A DNA stretch of 64,000 bases from Vezdaea acicularis (GCA_026025075.1 JAPEUI010000052.1:1-64000); one strand, 5' to 3'; shown: positions 38,865-52,922, numbered from the stretch's first letter. A program made the numbers and translations. Notes: generated by a model from the letters alone, not told the origin.

Positions 38865-39749
38865 TGCAGATAATGCTTTCAAAAGCGAAAGGAAACGACT
38901 GTTACGTTTATCTAGATCCGATGCTTCATGAAGCGTAACAGGGTCTCCAAAGACGACAACGAGCGAAAGAACTGAAAGAGCGACAAGGCTTGGGGAGGCT
39001 TTAAACTGCGCCTTTGCTAAGCATTTGGAATAGTCTGGGGCTATGGATGAAGCTTGTTTCGATGGAGCCCTGTCTGCGAATGGCGCATGTTAAGCTTACG
39101 ACATTTAGCGGAGGTTGGTGTTTGGGGGCATCTTTTCTTGGGGCGTGGCGGGATGCAGGCGTGGCTTCTGCGATCGGCAGTGCTACAGCCAACCAATCAA
39201 GCAACGTATCTAAAAGCAATTCTGATTCAAACCTACGAGAAAACCCCTTGCTTAAAACGCGGAAAGCGGAAGATTGCTACGTGAATCCTGTTGGCAGAAG
39301 GGTAATTCGAGACAACGGCTAACTCTCAATACCCCTTATGTGAGTGGCCAGTTTTAGCTTGGGAGGCTCTGGTAGAGATGACGCAGATCGCGTCCTTTTG
39401 TTGGTTACTCTAGCATCTGAGGCGGCACAAGCGCATGTCAAAGTCTAAACAAGTGGAGCGAGGCTACGCTGCTGGACTCGGGCCCGTCACAAGGAGAATG
39501 TAGCGCTTTTAGAAAGACGCGGTGCTCGTTGCATATTCTGTCTCGTCGACTTCGAAGTATGCTATGATGGAATGAGCGTTAGGGGAACTCTACTTGCCGC
39601 ATCGAGTTCTGTTGCTTTAGTATTATAAGTGAGGACCTGACATTAAAGTAGTACCTGATTGTCTGCGTAGTCAATGTGCTAGTTGCGCTTCACCAGAGAA
39701 ATCTTGCAGTGGATGATAGAAAGGCGCAGACGTAAGCAATTGTTGTATT

Positions 39750-40691
39750 TCATAGGTATTTGCCTCCTGCAAATCGAGATCCAAATCCTGCAGCCTTGTT
39801 CAATAATTCTTTCCTTTGCGTGTGATCAATCTGACGTCCCCCTCCAATATCCTTTTCTCGATCAAATGGTCTTGCACTTGGATCGTCTTCTTTCTCCTTG
39901 GGGACGGTCTTCTTGTGTTCATTGTATAGTGACTTGTTGCGATTTTGGTCCTGTAGAACAAAGTCGTTAAGCTCGGGAAGTTCCTGCTTAATAAATTGAT
40001 GCAAGGAGTGCTCACGTTATATTCCTGAATTCTTCGTGCCGTCTCCGTCGCTTCAGCAGCGCTTCTATCAGGCTTCTCATCCATTTCTCCAAGCGCTGCA
40101 GGCCGCTTGACTCCCATTACTTCATCCTCCAATCTCTTCCGCTTCTGTTCGGGGGTCTCCGTCCACACCGTGCTTTCGCCCCTAGATCTCGCAGCTGGAG
40201 CTTTAGAGCCCATGCCAGTATTAAATTTTCGATTGCGTAACTTTGTTGGATCAACTCTTGAAGACCAGTCGTCTTGCTTCGGAGGCACGAGCATCCATTC
40301 CTCTCTTTGCAGCTTCTCGGCGGACTGTATAGCTTCTGAGCTCTCGGGCTCCGTCCAAGCCGTATCATTGGCTTCATTAACGGCCTAGTCAGATTAGTAT
40401 AAGTGTACTGCTTAAACTTTTGATGAGTCAAACCTTCTGACCTATAGCTGATGGTAGAGCAGGTCCAATATCGCTGTCGCTGCTGCTGCTACCTCCATCT
40501 TCAGAGGGAGTTTCCAACGGCAACCCCTCAAGTGGAGCTGGAGGTAGTGTAGGTCCAACCACTCGCTGCCGTTTGTCGCTGGATCTCGAATTAGTTCGAT
40601 CATTTTGTCTGCGCTGCTCGGCCTCTTCCTCGGCTTTACGTTTTCTCTTTGCAATCAAGTGCGGTGGAAGCTCTGGGCCTGCTGAGGACAT
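39750..40691 (-). CDS. GPALPP1: GPALPP-motif protein (DUF3752), two introns
   Basis: GPELPP, GPTLPP and GPALP repeats; REEWMLVPP; WTETPEQKRKRL; RPFDREKD...FGSRFAGGKYL. Confidence 0.88.
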
Positions 40692-41159
40692 CTTATTTGC
40701 GTTTGAGTTTCGTTTTGAATGTGAATAGTTTCAAGGCAAGTCTGCGGTCAGGCTCGTTATGTCGCACGGAAGTTGCCGACGGCCATGAATCGCATCCGAG
40801 AAGCTTCGTAGACTGCAATCAGTCTAGTAATCTGGCATACTGAATATGGACTACGACTTTATGATCATTCTCCGACTAAGAGGCCCCTATTCTGCGTAAT
40901 CTAAGAACAGGTATTCAGCTTGCGTCTACCAGAACCGTCTGTTTACCTCGCGTAACTAATACTACATGAAAGCAAGGAAAGACCAACACCGGAACCCTGC
41001 CAGATGCGCCCATTACCTCCATCACACCCCGATTTGCCTACACAAGCCTCAGTATACCTCGTACACAATATCCACTCATCTCCGATAGCGCCCTCATATA
41101 TCTGACCACTGTCCGCGCCATTACAGCCTTGTAGCGATGCGCAATAGAGAGTTCCATCT

Positions 41160-44100
41160 ATGAGCTCCAGGTCTGAGGAGACGGATGGCGCCGTTGATGA
41201 CGAAGACGTTGAGGAAGTGACAACGGCACTAGCCGGTCGGGAGTCAGCTGGGCTTTCGGAAGATAGTCAGAATGGTGGGGATAGGGGGCAGCCTGACATT
41301 GGACGTCTTGCGGAAGAGGAAAGAGACAGAGTCCGAACAACCTACTCTAACGGCTCTACGTTCAAGGGCTATAGCTCAGTAGAGCACGAAGATGGCAGCG
41401 TGGACCAGGGCGATTTGGAGCCACGTAGTGGTTCTCCTGGGAAACTTTCACCGAGCATTGATGATTCCTTATCATTACCAGACGACACACCATCGGTGCA
41501 GGTAAGACCTCATGTTTGACCTTGGAGGTACTGCGAACTCTGACATTTGTAGGGCTCGATTTTGTCATCTCCAGGGAGTAGTACATTCCCATCTCAAGCA
41601 AGGCTGTTATCGGGAAGCCCTACGCCCTCGCTCATGCCGTTTGACCGACGCTTCTCGTCTCGACTGCCTTCATCGCATTTGAGCTCCCCCCGCGCTACTT
41701 CTCCTGCATTTCTCAGCAATCACTCTCGCCAAGTATCTCTTTCAAGCCAGGTGGCACCAGAAGAAAGCGATAAAGATGCTTCATCGGCCCCTTGGGAGGT
41801 TGTGCGCTGGACTAAGCTGAAGCGAATATCAGGGCAAGCCTTTTCAGAGGTCACAAAACGAAAGTTTGGAGTCCCCACATGTATATCTGCTTCAGCTTCG
41901 ATTGTAATAGGCACCTCAAAGGGTATTATACTTATTTTTGACTACAACCAAGCGCTCAAATCAATTATTGGGCCTGGGACGAAGGCATTGGAATCGGGAG
42001 CTATCACATCTGTTGCCATTTCTGCGGACCATAGTACCGTTGCCGGTGGACATGCCCATGGGGACATATTTACGTGGGAGATTGCCAGAGCTGCGAAGCC
42101 ATTCCTGCACATCCCCCACCTCGAACCAGGCCAACTCCAAGCTCGAAAGGTCGACGGCCATACGCCTGGTGTTGCTATTATACATATCGGCTTTCTTGGA
42201 ACAAGACACACTGCTATCGTGTCTGCGGACGACAGGGGAATGGCCTTCTCCCACCTAGCCAGTCGTGGCCTTGGGGCTGTCGCGCGTATGGTCAAGACTA
42301 CTCGTATCTTAGGCCGCTATCCTGAGAGTGTTCCCACAGTTGTTCGACCAAGGAAACCAAGCTCCATCTTAGCATTTTCACCTTTACCCCTTGGAAATGC
42401 AGAGCAAGTGACAGATGACATGGGCTTAGTAGCCATGCTGACCCCTTTTCTTCTCGTGATTGTATCAACCACGCCCATCGCACAGACTCAACATAAAGCC
42501 GCGAGGCCGAAAGATATACCTGCTCACGCTACTCTAAGCGGCTGCTTAGCCTGGTTCCCATCTGTCAAGCTCAAGACGAAAAGCGCATCCGAGACCAACC
42601 CAGTATCTAGAACAAAACTAGTATACTGCTGGTCTAATATTCTGACGATCCTGGAAGTCACGGAAGCGGAGCAGTCAGCGCCCTTGGAGAATGATCGCCC
42701 TCCAAGTCTTCAGTTCCGAGCTCGAAGTAGATGGAAAGCTGAGGAGGCAATTGTTGCGGTGCAATGGCTAGGAAGATCGATTATTGGCGTTCTTACAATC
42801 ACACAGCAGCTGATCATACTAGAGGATGGTTCTATGCGCATGACTGATGCATTTGATATCATGCACAGGCAAATATATCACCGAGATCTCTTCTCCAAAC
42901 AGCTCCAAACGCTTGTGGAACAACTCGATGACGAGGACGCTTCTATGCATGGAGTTGTAGCGGATGCTTTTTTCGGAAGTTTCAGGGCCTATAAAGGGAG
43001 GATATTTCTTCTAGGTAATAATGACGTCTCAATGGGAACGTTGTCAAACTGGGCCGATAGACTACTGGCATTAATGGAGGATGGGGATTTTGTAGGAGCC
43101 ATACGACTGGCAACCTCTTATTATACCGGGAACGGAGAGAAGCTGATGGTGGGACTCCCTGAGGATAATGAATTAAGACACCCGGTGGTAGAAAGCAAGG
43201 TGTACGAAATGATGTCGGCGTCACTGAAGTATGCTTTGGGACAGAAGAAGGGCACGACGAGCCGGAGCATGGATGCCTCTCAATTGCAAGAGTTGGCAAA
43301 CGCCTGTATCATTGCCTGCGTAAGCATGGATGCCATGGACTATCTTTTCGAGGATGTCTTTGAAAGATACGACGAGGGTTCGTTAGGTGGTATCCTCCTC
43401 GAGGCTTTAGAGCCATACATTCTGGACGGCCAGATCAAATCTATTCCGCCCGTGGTCTTGAAGGAGCTTGTCACGTACTTCACGTCGAAGAACCTTGACA
43501 GCCGACTGGAAGATATGATCTGCAACCTGGAAACGTCGACAATGGATATTGATCAGGTCACCGCGCTCTGTAAGGATCACCGCCTGTACGACGCTCTTAT
43601 ATACGTCTGGAATCAGGCCCTCGGCGACTACATCACGCCCATGATAAACCTCCTATCACTTCTTCTACCACCCAGTGGCTCGAAGACGATGTCAAATGGT
43701 GAACCTTCACACGAGTTTCGAAATGTTACGAATGCGTCGAAAATATTCCCGTACCTTGCGTATACCTTCACGAGCCGTGTATATCCCACAGGAGAAACAA
43801 TGGACCCCGAAAAGGCTGCGAAAGCCAAAGCTGAGGTGTACTACGTCCTTTTCTCTGGACGGACCATCACATGGCCAACGGTCGGAGGAAAGCCTTTCCT
43901 CACTCAACAGAGCGGTAAAGACGAGCCTCCATATCCGTATCTCCAGATGATTCTACATTTCGATGCGCCAAGCCTTTTGAGCGCACTGAACGAAGCATTC
44001 GAGGATGGCTTCCTTAATGGTGCTACCGACCGGCTTGTCAATGGAGGCTCGCAGAATGATATCAGCGAGGAACAAGTCTTTGGGCTCGCCGTTACCCGGC

Positions 44101-46127
44101 AACTGATTGTCAGCATTTTACTGGAGACCATGAACCCTAAGCAGTTTCCTCCGGAGGACACCATATACCTAGATATGTTTGTTGCACGAAACTTGCCCAA
44201 GTTTCCCCAGTTCATACTGCTCTCTGGAAGCGCCATTCAGCGTGTACTTGCAGGTCTCTGCAATTATCCCGGTGATGATATCGCAGAAGACTGCCAGCTG
44301 AGCGTCGAGTATCTCCTCTCGACACACCATCCGTCAGATCTAGAGTCCCTCATACCTCTTTTCGAAAAGGCTCGGTTCTTCCGGGTCCTAAAGTTTACTT
44401 TCAGGACCGAGAAGAAATACGCCAGACTACTTCAAACCTACTTTGACGACCAAGAGAATCTCATGGACGTCTTCGAGTGCATCGCTGACTGTCTGCGCCC
44501 CGGAGCCGGCCTCACGGAGAAGCAGCAGCGCGAAGTCCACAGCGTCATCCAGTCCCACGCGCGAGACCTTGCAGATATCGACGCCGTAAGGTCCGCCCAA
44601 ACGATCGAGACATACGCCCCAGCGCTACACCACGACATTCTCTCAGCCCTCGAAGGAGAGCCATATACAGAGTTCACCTACCTGCAAGCAATCCTTGAAC
44701 CTAAATCCCCCGCCGACAACACACCTTCACTGTCACTTGAAGGCCGCGCTTCTGAGCTTATCGAGCGCTACGTCCAATTGATGTGCCGATACGCCGCGTC
44801 GCACGTCGCAGACTTCATCTCACACCTACACAGCGCCTCTCTCCGCCTCGAAGCTGTTCTCCCGGCCATGGAGTCCAGCGGCGTAGTCGACGCCGCGGTC
44901 GTGCTGATGGCACGCGAAGGTCAGGTGCGCGCCGCGATGGACCGTCTGCTCGCGCACCTATCGACGCTTGAATCCGCGCTGCTAGGCCTGCTGCGCGCCT
45001 CGGACGACAGCCCAGACCCCGATAACACGGACGAGGCAACCGACGACATCCTGGCTGCTATCCAGAAATACACACAAGTAGGCATCTGGCTGTGCCAGGG
45101 GCAGAGCAAAGCCGCCGCCGCTGCTAAGGCGATGCAACCGCCTACAATTACAAGCGTATCAGGCCCGCCCCGCCATCCCAAACGCTCCTCCTCCCTCAAA
45201 AAGGGGCAGGCGGACCTCACGGCCGACGAAACGCTCTGGCTTGACCTCCTGTCATCGACGGTGCGCACCACGCGCCTCGCCTCAGTCCTCACCTCTCCTC
45301 TCCCAAACAGCACCGACGACCAATCCAGCGCCCCATCCCCCACAACCGCAACTTTGACTGCCCCTACTGCCCTTCGCCAAACAGTCCAAGCAGCATTCAC
45401 CGCCCTCCTCCAAACGACCTCTTCCCCCCCTTCCAGCGCACCCACCCACACGCGCATTCGATTCCTCCCCATCCTCACCGCGCTCCTCACTTCCCTCTCT
45501 ACCTCCACCTCCGCCTCCGCTTCCTCCTCTTCTCCCTCCCTCGCAGAACTGCGCCAAGTCCTACAAACCATCTTCGCGGCCTACGCCTACGAAGAGGGCA
45601 TGCTCCGCCTTGCAGAGGGTCTTTTGGAAAGCGACCTCTTCCTCAGCGTGGACGAGCTACGACGCGGGCGAGAACGCGGATGGAAAGCACGGAGCGTGGC
45701 CTGTGAAGGCTGCGGGAGACGCGTGTGGGGCGCCGGGGCGGGTGGAGGCGTGTGGGAGCAGTGGGAGAAGCGGAGGCGGGAGGACAAGAGGGCGAGCAGG
45801 TGGCGGAACATAGGGCAGGGAGGCACAAGCCTAGGAAGTGAGCGCCGGTCAGGAGAAGGCAGCGGAAAAGGCAAGGCTGTCGTATCTCGCAATACCGCTG
45901 ATACCGCGCTAGAGCACCCTTCTTCAGCGAGTGTGCCCGAGGGGAGTCCAACGCAGCCAGATAACGCCGGCAACGCAAACGCCCAAGAAGGAGAAGAAGA
46001 AGATCTCGGCCCCTTAGTGGTCTTCGCTTGCCGCCATATATTCCATCGTGGCTGTCTCCAGAAATTACTCAGGAAAGACGGGGAGGCGCCGCTTTCGGCC
46101 GAGCTAAGGTGTCTGGTGTGTAAATAG
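41160..46127 (+). CDS. VPS8: CORVET subunit Vps8, one 5' intron (about 41502-41551)
   Basis: Beta-propeller N-terminus (IVIGTSKGIILIFDY), Vps8 core LEPYILDGQI...LCKDHRLYDALIYVWN..LGDYITP, C-terminal RING-like CEGC...CRHIFHRGC...CLVC. Confidence 0.93.
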
Positions 46128-46605
46128 GGGGTCTTGTGTCGTTGTAGCTTTTTCCATGTGGAAATGGAAATGGGAAGGCGGTCGCGTCTGTTAGAGAGAT
46201 GGTTGTTTCGTGTTTGTTCAAGATGGTTTTGTGGTTGTTGTGAGATATAGGTGTTTCGAGTTGTCACAGGGGAGTGGTTGGGCAGCAAGAGATAAATGGG
46301 CAATGTCAGCTACAGCGTATCACAGCGTCTCACGGCATATTCATCAACTTGGTCATAAAATGACACCCTACCGAATCCATTGGGTGTGTCTAACTTCCCC
46401 CTATTCCACTACTTTTTTTTTGTCTATATTTTTTTGGTTTTTTTGTCTTTTCGGAAGAGTTGCGCCAAACTCATAATTCCGTTTTCCAATTTCTTACCCT
46501 TTCCTCCATCTCCATAACAATATTGGATTTTCATTCTGTTCGGCCCACCGCCCCTCCTCCCACGATCCTCCTTTCCCCCTTTCCCCTTTGCGCTTCTGCA
46601 CCCTC

Positions 46606-47124
46606 TCACCACCCAAGCTTTCCCCCAACGACTCGAAGAACACCTTCTCCATACGGCTCGGGTCCGAACTCTACTGCTTTCGGTGCTAGTCCATCGATGA
46701 ATTCCACCAGCCCGGGAACGGTGGCATAGTCGGCCTCTGTGGCGGGTCGCCAGCGCGGCTCGCCGTTGTTGTCTGGCTGGAGAGGGATGTATACCAGCAT
46801 GTATTCTTTCTTGCCGGTCCGTTCGACGCCGACGTCGAAGTGCGGGAGGTAGTCTAGCTGGGCTTCGAACTCGTTTTGGGCGGAGCAAGTGGTGGGAGAG
46901 TGACCGCCAGGTGTATTGCTAGTCGGGTCTAAAGCTGGAATCGTCGTGGTTTCTGCGGTGGATGTGTTGCCGAAATCGGTGACCCATTCGGCTTCGGCAT
47001 CAATGGATTCCGAAATGATTGCCGCTTTCTTGTCACTCTCGGAGAACTGCTGGTTTGGGGCGAGCATTTCCCAATCGCTAAGCTCTTCTGTGGTCTTGTT
47101 GTCGTAGCGGTTTGAAGCGGACAT
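46606..47124 (-). CDS. Orphan acidic protein (172 aa)
   Basis: AAAATG at 47124; TATATAA near 47299-47305 on minus; globular-looking C-terminus LDYLPHFDVG...YMLVYIPLQP...RWRPAT. Confidence 0.6.
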   Translation of the reverse strand: MSASNRYDNKTTEELSDWEMLAPNQQFSESDKKAAIISESIDAEAEWVTDFGNTSTAETTTIPALDPTSNTPGGHSPTTCSAQNEFEAQLDYLPHFDVGVERTGKKEYMLVYIPLQPDNNGEPRWRPATEADYATVPGLVEFIDGLAPKAVEFGPEPYGEGVLRVVGGKLGW

Positions 47125-47353
47125 TTTTTCATTGGAGGAGGTGATGTCTTTTTTCCTTTGCTGAATCGATCGGAAAGGTTTCTTTTTGGTTTTGCGTATT
47201 GAAGGCAAAAGAAGGCGATGTCGAAGCAAGAGTTGTTGCAAGAGTGTGTGCTTTGTTAAAAAAAAAGAACTCCCCCCCCCCCAGAATAGGAGCCCATCTT
47301 ATATATCCCGGCCCGCGCAAAGTTCGGGTGTTCTGCGCTGTGTTCTTGTGTTC

Positions 47354-47461
47354 TTGTGTTGTCTTGTATTTCTGTGTTGTCTCGTACCTTTGTACTGTCT
47401 CGTATCATCGTACTGTCCTGTACCATCGTGTTGTCCTGTACTATCGTATTGTCCTGTGGGT
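47354..47461. repeat. Degenerate 18-bp minisatellite, 6 copies
   Basis: ttgtgttgtcttgtattt / ctgtgttgtctcgtacct / ttgtactgtctcgtatca / tcgtactgtcctgtacca / tcgtgttgtcctgtacta / tcgtattgtcctgtgggt. Confidence 0.8.
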
Positions 47462-47582
47462 GTATTGCCTGTGTTCTCTCATTGTTTTCTTCTCGCGTTG
47501 TTGTATCGTTTCGGTGTAGAATACCGATGGTGTGGATGGAGTGGTGCAGAACAAAGACATTTCTCACATATGAACAATCCAA

Positions 47583-47605
47583 CCCCCCCCCCCCCCCCCC
47601 CCCCC
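47583..47605. repeat. Poly-C tract (about 23 nt)
   Basis: Read directly. Confidence 0.9.
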
Positions 47606-48297
47606 TCCCTCTGGTTCCCAGAACCATCACCTTCATAACCATAATAACAGCCAGGATAACCAGAACCGGAACAATTCCTTAATAATCCCTTAACAAACCC
47701 TTAACAACTCCCTCTTTCCTTCCTTTCGTCACATTTGCGACTATAGCTTTCGAAAAGATGGAGGAAACGGGGGAAACAGGGGTTTCGATGGCAAGACACG
47801 GTAGCCCTGGGACGAGCCGGCCGAACGACCCTGCGAAAAGGCTGAAAGAAAGGGGTCGGGGGAAGGGAAGGTTGGGGGGTGAGACAAGTCGATGATGGAA
47901 AAGCGGTTTGGGAGGTTTGATGTTTTATTTGTTTATTTACATGTAGAGTACACTCTACTCTTCCCAGAGTCAGCCGACAACCAGTCTGTCTGTTTGCAGA
48001 CGGTAAGAATTATGAGAGGGGGAGAAGAGGGAGGTGATGTGGCTCGCAAGCGCCGTTCGCCGGACCGGGTTTGTCTATGCGCTAGAACCCGAAAAAAAGG
48101 GGGGTCAAGTTCCAAAGTCATGAAGAGGGAAAGAAGAGAGAAGCCAGGTATCGGCCGTGAGATAGGTTCCGGAGATGTGAAAGAAAGATGAAAGCCCCCC
48201 TGTTGGTGGAGAGGTACGAGGAGTGAGAAAGCCTTTTCGTACATAGGAAAATCCCAGGTCCAATCCCAAGCCCAATCCCTAACCCAAAACCCTAAAA

Positions 48298-49693
48298 TCA
48301 TCTAGCTACAAAGTCACCATAATCCCGCGTCGAGACCGCGCGGCCGATCCGCAGCGGCTCCTCGACCTCGACGCTGACTTCTGTCGTGCGGATGATGCGA
48401 CCGCTCACATCGCGCATGACGGGTTCGCGGAGGGGGGCCGGCGAGTCATGGACGACTACACTCGGGTGCGCGCCGCTGCCGTGGTGGGGCAGGATGCTCT
48501 TCTGGCTCTCGCCATCGCCTGGTTTCTCGTCGTCGAGCTCCACCAGCTCGGCGGCGGGGGCGTGCTCGCGCTCGCCCAACACCGAGGGGGAGGCGACGAG
48601 GCGGTGGCGGTCGTCTTTGCGGAGGTTGCTGAGGGGGTGGCTAGCGGCGGAACCGGCAGAGTAGGCGTAGCTGCTGTCCTTGCGGGTGGTGTTGCGGTCG
48701 CGGAAGTAATTGAAGAGCGGGGTGAGGGTGGGGATGCAGGTGAGGCCGATGCCGACGTTCATCTCGACGGTGCCCCACAGCACGAGCATGGTGGAGTTGC
48801 CCGTCATGGCGATGGTGGGGATCTGCACCATGCGCATGACGGAGCAGACGGTGGTGAAGAGGCCGAGCATGAAGACGCCTATGAGCGCGATCTTGCGCCG
48901 CCGGTTGATCTTGACTTGCACCAGGAGCGGGATGGGCAGGAAGAAGATGATGCAGTCGAAGAAGATGGTGATGCCGGCCAGGGCATAGAACGTGATGTCG
49001 TTCGGTAGACAGTGTCCAGGGGTCGATGGACGCCATGACTTTTGGACCTAGGAAGCCCTCCATATCAGTCACGTGCGATGCAATGAAGGGCTGCTGATAC
49101 TAACCGGCTTGCACTGGAAGATCAAGACGAGGGTGCCCGCCACATGGGTGAGGACGGCAAACACGCCAACAGTCCATATCAAAGTCTTGTAGAACCGGTT
49201 GTTGCGGTGGACGATCCGTAGATACGCCAGGCACAGTGCAACTTTGAACCCGGTGATGCCGGCCATGTAGAACGGCCTGCCCGCAAAGTTGATCTGTGGA
49301 AACGCATGAGAAGAGCCCTTTGCAAGATCCATATCACGCAACTTACGGTGGAATACTCGTTCAGATTGACCTTCGGGCGCAATGCGATTGGAAGGCCTAA
49401 CCCCCACCGCGATTGTCCAATGGCCAGTCCATTGTAGATGACACTGCAGACCTAAATCGCATCGTGTCAGCTAAAGTCCTCCCGGAGAGACGTCCGATAT
49501 TACTCACGGCGGAGAACAGAATGGTCCAGTCGTCAGCCCCAAACGACTTGATTATGTGTCCGCGAACGTAAACGCGCAACCCCACGATGATTAACATCCA
49601 TATCGTGAGACAGACGCAGACTGCGAGAATCGTCGGGTATTGCGAGACGTCATTGACGTGTTGAGAAGCATTGTGAACCCAGAGGCCGCCCAT
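48298..49693 (-). CDS. PTH11-like (fungal rhodopsin-domain) 7-TM protein without CFEM, multi-exon
   Basis: IVGLRVYVRGHIIKSFGADDWTI, FKVALCLAYLRI, LIFQCKP, DCIIFFLPIPLL..VKINRRRKIALIGVFMLGLF, WGTVEMNVGIGLTCIPTL. Confidence 0.88.
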
Positions 49694-52600
49694 GATGGCT
49701 GCTTCAATAGTAGCTTTGACGCAAAGCAGCCGGAAGCCCGAAGGGAAGAAAGTAAAGAAAGATGAGGGACCGCTTCAACCCGTGCGTTGACAGATGATGA
49801 GAAACGAGCTTCTTCGTCCTTCCTCCGGTGAAGCCCAGAAGCAGGAGGCAGCCTGTTAAAATCCCAAAGTCTTCGAGATAATCTACAATGATCTCCTCCC
49901 CGATATGACGGCGCGTGGGGGCCTCTAGCTCGATATTAGAGTTGGAGGATTCCGACCTGAACACGAGAGCTTAGCCCTTGACATGGTGATATCCAGCGAC
50001 GGTGGATGCAAGGGCCGTCGGTACGGTGCTGCATGTAGGGAACGACCGAGGCGACTGAACGCAGTCTGTGCAGTGTATGCAGGGGACTTGTGATGGGCGT
50101 TGTGCAATGCACCCCAAAGGTTACGCAGGCCCTCTCCGATCTGTGCAGCGCTGGGTACCGACGAAGAATGGAGTCGAGTGTCGTGTTGAGTCGAGTGGTC
50201 TACCTTTCCACTAGGAAGAAGCAGCGTGCCGGAAGAAGCGCGATGGAGCGATGATAATGTTTTTTTCCACGCCGATTGGCTGCGATGAAGCACAATCTCC
50301 CCCAGGTCAAGCTAGAAGGGGGACGATCTCCATCGATTCGCAAGCCATGGCGGGGGCCGATGAGACAGGCCAATTCCCGGCATCTGATAATGAATGAAGC
50401 GGCGGACGCCATTCACCAGAGGAAGCCGTTGTCATTGGGCCCTAGACGCAAGCGTCATCACGGCAGCATTCCTGGAGAAGAGAAGAGAGTTTTCTCCAAC
50501 ACATGGCATTGCGTGTGGTGGAGCGGACGGCGATGTGGCTGGCGGGCCTGTCGGGCGAGGTCGGCCTAGCGCCGCCACGAGCAAGTCAGGGACGGCACCC
50601 CCTTCGCTTGGCCCGATGGTGGCACCGACCCGAAAGCCAAATTGGAAGCGAACCCGAACGAAGCTAACCAGGACAGGGGCTAGGGCGGGGGCTAAGGTAG
50701 GGGGATCCGGGAGGGCGTTGGCCATCAGGGCCATCGCCCCACTTTCTGGCGGCCCAATGGACAGGAAGAACTGCCGTGACTGTTGTGCGTCGCCACGTCC
50801 TCGAAGAGGCCAAGGTCAGCTCATCCAGCCCCTTGACTTGGTGCGCGCGTTGCCGGAACGATCCCTGGCTCAATGTGCTCTCAGGTTGACGTTATACGTG
50901 GTGGGCTTCCTACTGCGTCACCTCCAACGTCGTCCGCAGTCCGATCGTGATGGCTTCGAAACAGGATTATGGCTGAAGAATGCTAGGACGAGGGTCGCAC
51001 CCATAGACTCTCGCTGTGTTGAACATCCTCCGATGATGTGCTCGAACTCGACCATGTCGCGCGACCAGAGCGGCAAGGGCCCCAGCAAAGCCACCGACGT
51101 ACGGTGGCGCCCTTCCCACGCCGTGGCGTGTGCTCTGCTGCGTCTGGACCAGGTGTGATCTGGAGTGCTCTCGATGCAGCAGGCCAATGGGAGAGCAGTC
51201 CGGTCTCTCTTGCGTTCACCTTTTCGTGGAAGTGGAGATGTGGATTGCACCATCTCGGCGGGGTGCCGATGACCGCGCTCTATACGAGGGTGAACTCGAC
51301 CATCAGTGGGGGATTTGCGTGTTCTCAACGCGGCGTCTATCTCGACTCCGGAAGCTTCAAACGTGGGCGTCACTGGCTGCCATGGAGTGGTTCACACAAA
51401 CAAGCTTCCCCCCACTCGCTATAGTCTCCGACCAGCGTCCTGCTGATGCAACGGCGTCTGTCCGACCCCATCGATGCTTTTTGCTCCCGTGGTATCGCGC
51501 ACTGGAGAAGAGATAAGATGGCCCCTGCCCCACCCGATCGGCACGGGATCGACACGCCCCTTTCCCCTTAGCGCCCTCGACGGGAAAATTTTTCTCCCTC
51601 TCATCCTACGCCTGCCGGCCGCCTCCCGCGTCCACCAACATGGGCAATGTCTCTTTTTGGTGTTGTGGTGCTCCCAATCCGGACGACCTCCCTCGGGCGG
51701 GCATGATCGTAGCACAAGATGCGGTAGAATCGGGGGTTCGTGTAACGTTGGAGGACGCCGCAAGCCGTCAATTGCACGGAGCGATCGATGTGGGATGTAT
51801 TGCCCACTCGCTTGCCGATCCCTCGCTTCGGTGGTGACAAAGAGAGAGTTTATCAAAGGCTTCAGGGATGATTGACTCGCGAGGAGCGCGAACGCAAGAT
51901 CGCATGGGAGTGTGGACATCGGCGTCGCGAGAGAAGCGAGCCAGATCAGGGTGGGGCCCTAACCCGGCGTGACGGGCTAATGCGTGATGGCACACTTAGC
52001 GGTGCGCTAAAAACGCCTCTTGGATCTCGCCTATGGGCCGTCGCGCTGTGATACGCTGGGCGCCGCATTAACGATTACCGACAGACTGGTTGATGCCACC
52101 ATCTTCTGACGTCGTCGCTTTTGCAGCGAGAATCCTTTCGCAACGTCCAAAGCTGCTCCCGAAGCCCTCGCCGCTCTCCTCCTAATACCAGCGTTGCCTC
52201 AATATGCAGATTTACCCCTTACCGAGCCCCGACCATCGGATATCTCATTTTCCTAGTGTGAAGGCTCAATGGGGCGGTGCGGGAACCCCTTCAATCAGAA
52301 GGTGTGGCCTCCTCGCCTCGCAAGAATGCTCGCTTCGACTGCCCCTTCAATCAGGGCGGACCGAGCGAGGACCAACTCCGAGCATCCCCGTCGGACGAAA
52401 GGAGCATGGTTGTTCCCGGCCGCTCTGCCGGTAGAGGCGCCGCCACCGGAAATGGCAGCAACTGCCGTGAATGGCACGTTCATGCTGGTGCCATGCAACC
52501 GAGTCAACAAGGTGCTCGCAAGGTCCTCGCATGGTGCTGTTTCATGCCGCATGCTCCCCCGGCCCCCCTTCCCCTCCATCGACCAGCCACGCGTGCTATG

Positions 52601-52922
52601 GGACCTGGCTCCCCGCTCTCGCTCTTGCGCCGGCCGACCTCGATACGCTCCCTTCGAGATCTCTTGGCCGTCGCGTGCGCAGGACAGGACAAGCAATCTA
52701 GCTCCGGACGTTGGGGCGAGGCACAACCCATCTGCATGAGAAACGCCGGGACGCCACTCGAGCGACTCCTTCGACTCGGTTCGTTGTGCACCCAGCGGGC
52801 GACCGCCCTGGTTTATACGTCCGGAAGACCCTCCACTTCTGCTTCACCTTGTCCATCTGTTCACCTCCCTGGACTGAACTGTTCCTCTCCCCCTCCCCTT
52901 GCCGAGATACTCTTCGTACGCA

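Noticed and set aside
45700..46127. Vps8 RING split by an insertion of about 100 aa
   Set aside because: Long low-complexity loops in this RING are, as far as I know, usual in filamentous-fungal Vps8
48253..48297. Telomere-like CCCTAA/CCCAAT hexamers
   Set aside because: Only two exact units in a degenerate C-rich stretch just past a stop codon
51957..51965. CCCTAACCC as a telomerase RNA template in the long intergenic region
   Set aside because: A 9-mer can easily occur by chance; I could not build a convincing pseudoknot or CR4/5 element
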